Below are positions 9,347 through 16,782 of a stretch of DNA of 46,693 bases, one piece after another (position 1 is the first letter of the stretch; each line of letters opens with the position of its first letter). The stretch comes from an uncultured Chryseobacterium sp. (GTDB taxonomy: Bacteria > Bacteroidota > Bacteroidia > Palsa-965): contig CAYMZV010000002.1 of the NCBI GenBank assembly GCA_964394965.1, positions 1-46,693 on the forward strand, written 5' to 3'. The notes beneath the pieces are model-generated. The model did not search any database and was not told the DNA's origin. It worked only from the letters and a program-made list of their open reading frames with translations. The position numbers were made by a program, and so were the translations under genes.

Positions 9347-10573
9347 CTAACTCTTGCCTTTCAATTCTTCAATCTCCTTTTTCAATTCTATCATTTTCAA
9401 CTCTCTTCCCACTGTCAGTTTCCTGAATCTTTCCAACTCCTCCATTCGCATCAATTCCTTTTCACGTCCTGCAATTTCCCTTTCGGCCAATTGCTTTTGT
9501 GCAGTGATATCCCTGGCTACAATTACAACGCCCAATACATTTCCGCGATCATCCTTGTAAACCGAACCGTTGAACAATACATCGGTGAACTTTCCATTCT
9601 TGTGGCGCAACGTAAGTGGGGAATCGATAACGAATCCCTTGGCAAAAACTTCCTGATAAACATCACGTGCCTTTTGCGGTTCGGTGAAATAATCGAAGAA
9701 ATCGGAACCGATCAGTTTTTCGCGTTCTATTCCTGTAATTTTCACTGTCGCATCATTCATGTCGGTGATTTTCCCTTCGGTGCTGATGGTTACCAATGGA
9801 TCCAGACTCGCTTCAATCAAACTCAATGAATATTTGGAAAGCAATTTTTGCGCTGTCACATCACGTGCAACAATTACAACGCCCAATACATTTCCACGAT
9901 CATCCTTGTAAACCGATCCGTTGAACAGAACATCGGTCAGCTTGCCATTTTTATGGCGGAGCGTAAGCGGTGAATCGGCAACGGAACCTTTGGCAAAAAC
10001 TTCCTGATACACTTCACGGGCCTTTTGCGGCTCAGTGAAATAATCGAAGAAATCGGAACCGATCAGTTTTTCGCGTTCTATTCCTGTAATTTTCACTGTC
10101 GCATCATTCATGTCGGTGATTTTCCCTTCGGTGCTGATGGTTACCAATGGATCCAGACTCGCTTCAATCAAACTCAATGAATATTTGGAAAGCAATTTTT
10201 GCGCTGTCACATCACGTGCAACAATTACAACGCCCAATACATTTCCACGATCATCCTTGTAAACCGATCCGTTGAACAGAACATCGGTCAGCTTGCCATT
10301 TTTATGGCGGAGCGTAAGCGGTGAATCGGCAACGGAACCTTTTGCAAAAACTTCCTGATACACTTCGCGCGCTTTTTGCGGTTCGGTGAAATAATCGAAA
10401 AAGTCGGTACCCGTAAGTTTCTCGCGTGTGACTCCCGTAATGTTTGCCGTAGCTTCATTCATATCCGTGATCTTGCCTTCGGTGCTGATGGTAACCAATG
10501 GATCCAAACTCGCTTCGATCAAACTTCTTGCATATTGGGATTCCTGTGTTTTTGCCGTTTTGAATGTTTCCAT
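9347..10573 (-). CDS. Triple-PAS protein with a C-terminal coiled coil and no output domain
   Basis: Three 117-aa units of the form SLIEASLDPLVTISTEGKITDMN...FFDYFTEPQKAREVYQEVFAKG...LRHKNGKLTDVLFNGSVYKDDRGNVLGVVIVARDVT, followed by REIAGREKELMRMEELERFRKLTVGRELKMIELKKEIEELK. Confidence 0.85.
   Translation of the reverse strand: METFKTAKTQESQYARSLIEASLDPLVTISTEGKITDMNEATANITGVTREKLTGTDFFDYFTEPQKAREVYQEVFAKGSVADSPLTLRHKNGKLTDVLFNGSVYKDDRGNVLGVVIVARDVTAQKLLSKYSLSLIEASLDPLVTISTEGKITDMNDATVKITGIEREKLIGSDFFDYFTEPQKAREVYQEVFAKGSVADSPLTLRHKNGKLTDVLFNGSVYKDDRGNVLGVVIVARDVTAQKLLSKYSLSLIEASLDPLVTISTEGKITDMNDATVKITGIEREKLIGSDFFDYFTEPQKARDVYQEVFAKGFVIDSPLTLRHKNGKFTDVLFNGSVYKDDRGNVLGVVIVARDITAQKQLAEREIAGREKELMRMEELERFRKLTVGRELKMIELKKEIEELKGKS
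9479..10531. repeat. Three in-frame tandem repeats of 351 bp (PAS units)
   Basis: About 9683..9990 and 10034..10341 are identical by eye (about 308 bp at a 351-bp offset). The third copy is more diverged. Confidence 0.85.
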
Positions 10574-10636
10574 TGTATTTATTTCATATCACTGTTAAAA
10601 GCCGGTTTCACCTTCGATTGTATTGGCGGGAAAAGA

Positions 10637-10705
10637 CAAATGTGAGTCGTTTCGCTACTGCAAGTATTACACAACTATGGAAATGAGTTGCATAATTCAC
10701 ACATT
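10637..10705 (-). promoter_or_regulatory. Composite stress-regulon promoter element, copy c (drives the operon 10573 down to 3691)
   Basis: AATGTGTGAATTATGCAACTCATTTCCATAGTTGTGTAATA, 20 nt, CACATTTG. Confidence 0.65.
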
Positions 10706-10747
10706 GGGATTCGGTGCTGCATTTCGGCGCTAATTGGATTGCATTTA

Positions 10748-10781
10748 AAAGGAGCGTTGTAATTTAATACAACGCTCCTTT
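10748..10781 (-). terminator. Intrinsic terminator-like hairpin after the DUF1003 gene
   Basis: Perfect 14-bp stem AAAGGAGCGTTGTA / TACAACGCTCCTTT with a 6-nt loop. A T/A-rich tail follows on the minus strand. It sits between the stop at 10854 and promoter copy c. Confidence 0.5.
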
Positions 10782-10853
10782 ACCTACTACCAACCTACAC
10801 TTACTTCCATATAACCGTCTTAAGCGAAAGCACGGTTGTCATTTCAATATTTT

Positions 10854-11423
10854 TCATCCGGCAGAAGACTTGTCCAGCTTACGGCTTATTTCCTTCAGCA
10901 GGATGAATTGTTTTTCCTGTGTTTCAAAAAGCGTCTCGATCTGCTCTTCCAATAACAAATCCATTTTTTGGTGCATGCTGCGGATTTGCATTTCCGCTTT
11001 CAGGTTTATCATGTAATCATTTTCACTTCTCATCCTGTCTTTTTCCTCTTTCCGGTTTTGGCTCATCATGATGATCGGAGCCTGTAAAGCCGCAATGCAG
11101 GAAAGCACAAGATTCATGAGGATGAAAGGATAAGGATCGAATTCATAATGGGTGAGAACAATGACATTGAAAAGAATCCAGATTGTCAATATGACTCCGA
11201 ACATGATGATGAATTTCCAACTTCCCCCGAATCGCGCCACCTTATCGGAAATCTTTTGTCCCTGCGTGAGTGTTTCCATGGGAGGATGCAAAAGGTTGTG
11301 AATGATGAGTTCTTCCGCCTTGATGGTATCATTGACAATCTGATGCAACTTGTTGAGATGCCGGTGTTCGTTGGATATCAACTGGTCAATTTCATTGTTA
11401 CTCATCGGGGAAGTTGTTGTCAT
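10854..11423 (-). CDS. DUF1003 family membrane protein
   Basis: FGGSWKFIIMFGVILTIWILFNVI...FDPYPFILMNLVLSCIAALQAPIIMMSQNR is the typical DUF1003 core. The start overlaps the upstream stop (11420..11423). Confidence 0.8.
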   Translation of the reverse strand: MTTTSPMSNNEIDQLISNEHRHLNKLHQIVNDTIKAEELIIHNLLHPPMETLTQGQKISDKVARFGGSWKFIIMFGVILTIWILFNVIVLTHYEFDPYPFILMNLVLSCIAALQAPIIMMSQNRKEEKDRMRSENDYMINLKAEMQIRSMHQKMDLLLEEQIETLFETQEKQFILLKEISRKLDKSSAG

Positions 11424-12031
11424 GACGCATTTTTATTTTTCCCTTTTCGTTCCAACTCACCCATGAATACAGTGAGCTCTTTTATGAAATCATCCTGTTT
11501 CAGTGTGGATTGTTTTATATAGCCTATCATTTTCTTCAACTCATCGGGAGAATTCATTGCTTTCTCGAGTAAACTCGAAATACCCAAAATGTGGGCAATG
11601 GATTGTCGAACCTTATGCGAAGTCATGAACATCATTTCCTCCATGCCCTCAATATATTTTTTCAGATAGTCGTCCGTTTGCCGGAGTTCATCATAAGTGA
11701 TATTCAATTCAATTGTCTGCTTTTCATTTTCCTCATTTTGAAATACAAGTTCCTTGTTGGCAACAATCAATTCCGCTTCGCGATTTTGCTTCTCCCGATT
11801 TTGAAAAACAAGTTCCTTATTGGCGATGATCAACTCGGCTTCGCGTTTTCCTTTTTCTTCATTGCTGGAATGAAGCTCCTTGTTTGCCGAATCCAACTCC
11901 GCCACGACTTTTTCATTCACATCGTTTTGAATGGCCAACTCAATCTTGGTAGAAATCAACTCATCTTCACACTTCTCACCCGTTTCAATTGCTGGAACGG
12001 ATTCCTCGTGGATCAAGCCTTCTGTCTTCAT
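11420..12031 (-). CDS. Coiled-coil (21-aa repeat) protein ending in a DHp-like (HisKA-like) domain, with no ATPase domain
   Basis: Repeats of the form REAELIIANKELVFQNREKQN are followed by MFMTSHKVRQSIAHILGISSLLEKA (H-box-like). The track start 12094 lies inside the promoter motif. Met 12031 lies 5 nt past the -7-like box, which suggests a leaderless mRNA. It is a paralog of 26937..27734. Confidence 0.65.
   Translation of the reverse strand: MKTEGLIHEESVPAIETGEKCEDELISTKIELAIQNDVNEKVVAELDSANKELHSSNEEKGKREAELIIANKELVFQNREKQNREAELIVANKELVFQNEENEKQTIELNITYDELRQTDDYLKKYIEGMEEMMFMTSHKVRQSIAHILGISSLLEKAMNSPDELKKMIGYIKQSTLKQDDFIKELTVFMGELERKGKNKNAS
11681..11962. repeat. Degenerate 63-bp (21-aa) coding repeats
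   Basis: AELxxANKELxFQNxExxxR periodicity within the CDS 11420..12031. Confidence 0.7.
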
Positions 12032-12035
12032 GCTC

Positions 12036-12104
12036 CAAATTTGCGAGCCTTTCATCATGCAAGTGTTACACAACTTTGGGAATAAGTTATACAATTCACA
12101 CCTC
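12036..12104 (-). promoter_or_regulatory. Composite stress-regulon promoter element, copy d
   Basis: GAGGTGTGAATTGTATAACTTATTCCCAAAGTTGTGTAACA, 20 nt, CAAATTTG. Confidence 0.6.
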
Positions 12105-12119
12105 CAATATCAAAACAAG

Positions 12120-12149
12120 AAACACCTTCATAATAAAATGAAGGTGTTT
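12120..12149 (-). terminator. Intrinsic terminator-like hairpin after the His-rich small gene
   Basis: Perfect 12-bp stem AAACACCTTCAT / ATGAAGGTGTTT with a 6-nt loop, followed on the minus strand by CTTGTTTTG. Confidence 0.55.
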
Positions 12150-12195
12150 TAAATTTCGTCCCGACAATTATCGGTAAAAAATCAAATTGCAGTGA

Positions 12196-12450
12196 TTAAC
12201 TATTCATTGCATGATGTTTGGCATCTTCTTTCTGACACTCATTGGCAAGACATTGCTGTCCGTGAGCCTTGATTGTACTTTCAGAAGCTTTTTCGTGATT
12301 GCCCGCTTCATGGTGCTTCGCTGCATCCTGGTGATGTTGCGCTGCAGCTTCAAAATGGCTTGCTGCCTTTTTGTGGTTTTCAATCCCTTTTTTATTGTCT
12401 TCAGCGGTAACAGGAGATTGCTTTTTGATTGGTGTTGTCGTATTTGTCAT
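12196..12450 (-). CDS. Small histidine-rich helical protein (84 aa), function unknown
   Basis: AASHFEAAAQHHQDAAKHHEAGNHEKASESTIKAHG. It is monocistronic, with its own motif copy upstream and a hairpin downstream. Confidence 0.6.
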   Translation of the reverse strand: MTNTTTPIKKQSPVTAEDNKKGIENHKKAASHFEAAAQHHQDAAKHHEAGNHEKASESTIKAHGQQCLANECQKEDAKHHAMNS

Positions 12451-12491
12451 TTTGTTTATTTTTTTATTGTGAATGAATTTTCACAACGTAA

Positions 12492-12560
12492 CAAAGGTCT
12501 GTAATGACAAATATTCAAGTGTTATAGAACTTTGGGAAAGAGTTGTATAATTCACATGTC
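12492..12560 (-). promoter_or_regulatory. Composite stress-regulon promoter element, copy e
   Basis: GACATGTGAATTATACAACTCTTTCCCAAAGTTCTATAACA, 20 nt, GACCTTTG. Confidence 0.65.
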
Positions 12561-12601
12561 AGAACGGGGCTTGAAAAATGAAAGGGAAAAAGCAGAAATG
12601 A

Positions 12602-13501
12602 TTATTGGGGTTTGTCGGAAGCCACTGGCTTGGCAATTTGCGCAGGGGCAATTTTTCCGGAATGCATTTTTGCATAAGTCGCGGTAAACTCGGCGCCAAA
12701 AAACAGGATGATGGATGAATACGAAACCCACAACAGAATCAAAATGACTGAGCCGGCAGCACCATAAACAGACGCGGGCTGGGCTTTACCGAAATAAAAT
12801 GCCAGTGATATTTTTCCCATTTCAAACAACAAGCCGGTAACAATTGAACCCAACCAAACATGCTTACATTCTATTTTCGCATCGGGCAGAATCTTGAACA
12901 TCAATGCAAAAAGGAAAGATATCACCGCAAATGAAAAAATGAAGTTCAGAACATTGAAAAAAACAACACGCAAATGGGAATCGTCACCCTGCATCCAATT
13001 GCTCATCGAAGCCAGTGTCGTTGAAACTACCAATGAAATCAAAAGCAGAAAAGCGATTGCCAAAAGCAATCCGAAAGAGAAAAGCCTTGCCTTCAGTATT
13101 GGCCAAAGTCCCTTCCGAGGCACCACCTTCACTTGCCAGATTGCATTCAGGGTTTTTTGCAATTCAACAAATACGCCCGTAGCGCCAACGAGTAAAATCA
13201 CAATGCCGATAATGGAACCCAGAACGGTGGCTTTCGATTTACCGACATTGACCAGTATCGCTCCGATTTGTTTTGCCGTTTCAGCACCGAGAGTCTTTGA
13301 GACTTGCCCCAAAATATTCTGATCAACCACTTCCTTTCCGAAAAAGTATCCCGCTATGGAAAGTACCAGAATCAACAATCCCGGAATACCGAAAATGGCA
13401 TAATAGGCGATGACGGCACTTTGCCTGAATGGGTCTTTGTCATTCCATTCCTTGAAAGTTGTCTTGAATAATTCACCCAATGTTTTTATCCGATGCTGCA
13501 T
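12602..13501 (-). CDS. YihY/BrkB family membrane protein
   Basis: FKEWNDKDPFRQSAVIAYYAIFGIPGLLIL plus multiple TM helices. The track start 13537 falls inside the -7-like box (13535..13542). Met 13501 (MQHRIKTLGELF) is the first start downstream of the predicted TSS. Confidence 0.8.
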   Translation of the reverse strand: MQHRIKTLGELFKTTFKEWNDKDPFRQSAVIAYYAIFGIPGLLILVLSIAGYFFGKEVVDQNILGQVSKTLGAETAKQIGAILVNVGKSKATVLGSIIGIVILLVGATGVFVELQKTLNAIWQVKVVPRKGLWPILKARLFSFGLLLAIAFLLLISLVVSTTLASMSNWMQGDDSHLRVVFFNVLNFIFSFAVISFLFALMFKILPDAKIECKHVWLGSIVTGLLFEMGKISLAFYFGKAQPASVYGAAGSVILILLWVSYSSIILFFGAEFTATYAKMHSGKIAPAQIAKPVASDKPQ

Positions 13502-13534
13502 GGGTTGTTCCGAATTAAGTGAATGGTCATTTCG

Positions 13535-13603
13535 CAAAACTGCACATCTCAGAGCACTCCCATGTTACATAACTTTTGAAAAACATTGTATCATTCACAC
13601 CTT
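13535..13603 (-). promoter_or_regulatory. Composite stress-regulon promoter element, copy f (divergent partner of copy g)
   Basis: AAGGTGTGAATGATACAATGTTTTTCAAAAGTTATGTAACA, 20 nt, CAGTTTTG. Confidence 0.6.
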
Positions 13604-13613
13604 CCCGATTGGA

Positions 13614-13682
13614 ACAATGTGAATTATACAACTCTTTGCAGGAATTGTGTAACACCGCACTATTGTGGGTTACGCAACTTTA
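13614..13682 (+). promoter_or_regulatory. Composite stress-regulon promoter element, copy g (the only plus-strand copy)
   Basis: ACAATGTGAATTATACAACTCTTTGCAGGAATTGTGTAACA, 20 nt, CAACTTTA. The box lies 29 nt from the ATG at 13711. Confidence 0.6.
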
Positions 13683-13710
13683 GTATTCCATAAAATCAAA
13701 AACATAAAAC

Positions 13711-14175
13711 ATGAAAACCGAAAAAATAAAAATTTTCCTCGTTGATGACGATGCACTTTTTCTAAAATCACTGGAAATCGATTTTCTCCAACATGCAGAT
13801 TTTACCATTGAGACTTTTGCAACCGGTGAGCTTTGCATGAAGAGCCTGTCACACTCCCCCGATGTAATCATTCTCGATTACCATCTTGATGGCATTGTGA
13901 AAAATGCGATGAATGGCATTGAAGCGTTGGACAGGATAAAAAAATTCAATCCCGATATTCCGGTGGTGATGTTATCTTCCCAGTACAAGGTCGAGCTACA
14001 TGAAAACTGCATGCAACACCAGGCTTTTGTTTATGCGATAAAGGATGAAACCACATTCATGCAGCTGCAAAAAATCATTTCATCCATTTTCCCGAACAAA
14101 AAAAACGGGAAAGAAATCGAACTGGTGTATGGCGAGGATGCCATTCCCTTTCAACTGTCGATCATCCGGTGCTGA
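13711..14175 (+). CDS. Stand-alone receiver domain protein (paralog of 27827..28258)
   Basis: KIFLVDDDALFLKSLEIDF, VIILDYHLDG (acceptor Asp) and VVMLSSQ are present. The two paralogs are co-linear for about the first 125 residues by eye. The C-terminal tail diverges after an A8 run near 14088. Confidence 0.8.
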   Translation: MKTEKIKIFLVDDDALFLKSLEIDFLQHADFTIETFATGELCMKSLSHSPDVIILDYHLDGIVKNAMNGIEALDRIKKFNPDIPVVMLSSQYKVELHENCMQHQAFVYAIKDETTFMQLQKIISSIFPNKKNGKEIELVYGEDAIPFQLSIIRC

Positions 14176-14177
14176 TT

Positions 14178-15044
14178 TCATTTGCGGATGATTCCTTCAA
14201 GGAATTTTCTCTCTTTCAATAAATAGCAACTGCCTTCCGCAAGAATGCTCACGCTCAGGTTTTCCATCACGATTGCGGTGGAATCATTCACCACATCAAT
14301 GTTGGTTGTGCTTATTTTGTTTCCATCGATCAGGATAACCATTCCTGATCCAATACATTCGGCACGATTTCCTTCGGAAATAATCAACGCAGTGTCTTCA
14401 CCCAATCCGATGCCCAAGCACGAACGGTTCAACACAACCGCATGCGCCAATCTCGCAAAACGTCCGCGCTTGATGAAATGCGTATCAACAACAACACCAT
14501 TGATCAAGCCGAAACCCTTCGCAATTTCAATATCACCCTTGTAAAGCGCCTCACGGATCAAACCACCTCCAATGATGGTTTCGGGTATGGCCATTGCTCC
14601 GGCACTTGTTCCGCCAACAATAAAATTCTTATCGGAATAATATTTGCGTGAAATGGTTTTCAATAATTCCGTTTCTCCGATCAGTGAAACAAGTTTGTTC
14701 TGATCGCCGCCTGTAAAAAAAACAGCGTGTGCCCCCTGTATACGTTTGATTGCAATGGGATCGTGTGCATCTTCCCTGTTTTCCACTTTTATGATTCCTA
14801 CCTGCGTAAAACCTTCGCGTTTGTAGGAATCAATATAAAGCGCTTCCATTTCTTTCGGTATGGAAGAAGCCGAAGCTATAATTTCTATGATGTGATGCGT
14901 TCGTGGAATTTCCGATATGAGCGTACCCAAGATTTCGAAGTGGGTTTGAGATTCTTTCTTCCTATGGATGGTAAGATTTTCTCCGGCGATTTCACCTTTA
15001 TACTCATGCCCACCGATGATCAATAATTTTCCTTGAGGTATCAT
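14178..15044 (-). CDS. Cyanophycinase-like peptidase (family S51)
   Basis: LLIIGGHEYKGE, FFTGGDQNKL, GGTSAGAMA (nucleophile Ser) and VVDTHFIKRGRFARL match cyanophycinase motifs. Confidence 0.85.
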   Translation of the reverse strand: MIPQGKLLIIGGHEYKGEIAGENLTIHRKKESQTHFEILGTLISEIPRTHHIIEIIASASSIPKEMEALYIDSYKREGFTQVGIIKVENREDAHDPIAIKRIQGAHAVFFTGGDQNKLVSLIGETELLKTISRKYYSDKNFIVGGTSAGAMAIPETIIGGGLIREALYKGDIEIAKGFGLINGVVVDTHFIKRGRFARLAHAVVLNRSCLGIGLGEDTALIISEGNRAECIGSGMVILIDGNKISTTNIDVVNDSTAIVMENLSVSILAEGSCYLLKERKFLEGIIRK

Positions 15045-15045
15045 G

Positions 15046-16308
15046 TCATGAATGCGATTTGATTAATTCCGTAATCTTTTCAAGTCCCATTTTTATGTTT
15101 CCCTCTTCAGGCCCAAATGAAAAACGAACATGGCGATTGAATGCCGAAGCCTTTTTCGGTTGGCCGGGGTGAATGTCGAACATATAACCAGGCACACAAA
15201 TCACTTTTCGTTGCAGCGCTTCCTTGAAAAAACGGTCCGCATCATTTAATCCTGAAGGCAGTTGACTGATATCGGCCCAGATATAAAATGTGCTGTTGGC
15301 ATCGGAAGAACAAATCACCCCGTTTTTCCGAAGGGAATTCAGCATGATATTCTTTTTCCGGCTGAAAACTTTCCGCAGTGCGTGGGACTCCTTATCCACC
15401 CTTTCCGCTTCAAACAATTGCAGTGCCGCCCTTTGAATGGGCAAACTCGGTCCGCCATCAATTCCGCTTGCCACCCTTCCCAAATCATCAATGATATTTT
15501 TCGGTCCAATAACCCAAGCCAATCGCCAACCCGGATAACGAAAGGATTTCGTCAAGCCATCCACAATCAGCACCTGATCGGAATTCACATCGTCAATGAA
15601 TTCCGCAGAAGATACGGGCGCGTTTGCCGGATTCCCGTTCTCATAAATGAAGTGCGAATAAACCTCATCGACAATAAGTGTGCAGTTGTGTTTTTTCACA
15701 ACCTTCACATATTCATCCAATTCATCTCCCTTGATTACATGGCCAGTCGGATTGCAGGGATTGCTCAATAAAAAAGCATCGAGGTTGGATTTTTCAATCG
15801 CCTCGGCAAATTCGGTTGGACGCAATGAATAATTGTTTTCCCATTTTGTGGGAATGCAAACGGGAATGATGCGTTCCAATTGATAGTTGATCAGGTCTTC
15901 ATACGCCGGATATTCGGGAACCTTGTAACCCAACCGTATCGATCCGACAATTGAAAAAATCCGCGTGAGTGCAAGACGACCGCCCATGGCAATGCTTACA
16001 TTCTCGAAAGTGTATTTTGAAATTTTATTTTTGCGGTAAAGCCGGTTGTAATGGTCTGCAATTGTTTTTCTCAACAGTTCCATGCCATTCAACGGACCAT
16101 ACCTGTCATCGTCGGGTTCGATTGTAAATTCCTTTATTCTGGCCGGAGCGCCTTCCATTTCTCCCACCTCGGGTTCGCCTTGTCCCAAGTTCGCCCATTC
16201 CGGATTACCAGCATGAAAGCCGAGCTTGGCGGCTTCGTCCATCACCCAAATGACTCCAATGTCGCGCATTTCATTGAACACATTTTTTGTTTTCATTTCC
16301 TGTTTCAT
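15046..16308 (-). CDS. PLP-dependent aminotransferase, class I/II
   Basis: LSNPCNPTG, DEVYSHF and GLTKSFRYPGWRLAW (Schiff-base Lys) are present. The start overlaps the upstream stop (ATGA at 16305..16308). Confidence 0.85.
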   Translation of the reverse strand: MKQEMKTKNVFNEMRDIGVIWVMDEAAKLGFHAGNPEWANLGQGEPEVGEMEGAPARIKEFTIEPDDDRYGPLNGMELLRKTIADHYNRLYRKNKISKYTFENVSIAMGGRLALTRIFSIVGSIRLGYKVPEYPAYEDLINYQLERIIPVCIPTKWENNYSLRPTEFAEAIEKSNLDAFLLSNPCNPTGHVIKGDELDEYVKVVKKHNCTLIVDEVYSHFIYENGNPANAPVSSAEFIDDVNSDQVLIVDGLTKSFRYPGWRLAWVIGPKNIIDDLGRVASGIDGGPSLPIQRAALQLFEAERVDKESHALRKVFSRKKNIMLNSLRKNGVICSSDANSTFYIWADISQLPSGLNDADRFFKEALQRKVICVPGYMFDIHPGQPKKASAFNRHVRFSFGPEEGNIKMGLEKITELIKSHS

Positions 16309-16766
16309 TTCGATCCTGTGTTATCATTCCGTTTTTTCATCTCATATCCAAGTATTACCAAAAAATAAAAAGTGACATCACCTGTAATTTTTCCAATCAG
16401 AATGCCAAGCGTGAAATTTTTCAGAAGGAGGGGAAACAGATACATGAAAAAAGGCCGAACCAATAAACCGTCAATGATTCCGGCAGGACCGAATTCCAAA
16501 ACAATATTCCTGATGATTCCGAAAAAATCGGAAAAGGAAAAAACCTGTTTGCCGGTTTTCTTTTTTTCAACCGCAACCGATATGTTTTGAAAAAAAATGG
16601 TCGAATAAAAACCGATTGCCTCTCCAAGTGAACCTGCATAAGCCACCAGGATCGGGTTGCCGGAAAAAAAATGGGTTACGCTTGCCACGCCAATTGCCGT
16701 TATTGTTCCAACAATTTCCGCAGGCAAATACCGTTTCAGCCATTCCTTTCCTTTTTGTTTTATCAT
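16305..16766 (-). CDS. Small polytopic membrane protein, function unknown
   Basis: About four hydrophobic segments (IVGTITAIGVASVTHFF, FFMYLFPLLL, VTFYFLVILGY). Trimmed to Met 16766, which removes the overlap with the PSD-like gene. Confidence 0.55.
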   Translation of the reverse strand: MIKQKGKEWLKRYLPAEIVGTITAIGVASVTHFFSGNPILVAYAGSLGEAIGFYSTIFFQNISVAVEKKKTGKQVFSFSDFFGIIRNIVLEFGPAGIIDGLLVRPFFMYLFPLLLKNFTLGILIGKITGDVTFYFLVILGYEMKKRNDNTGSK

Positions 16767-16782
16767 TCTTGTTTCACCTTGT

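Noticed and set aside
12464-12486. TGTGA...TCACA palindrome considered as a CRP/FNR-type site
   Set aside because: The TGTGA and TCACA arms are 8 nt apart, not the canonical 6. It is reported instead as the TSS-proximal GTGAA-N6-TTCAC element, with an unknown binder.
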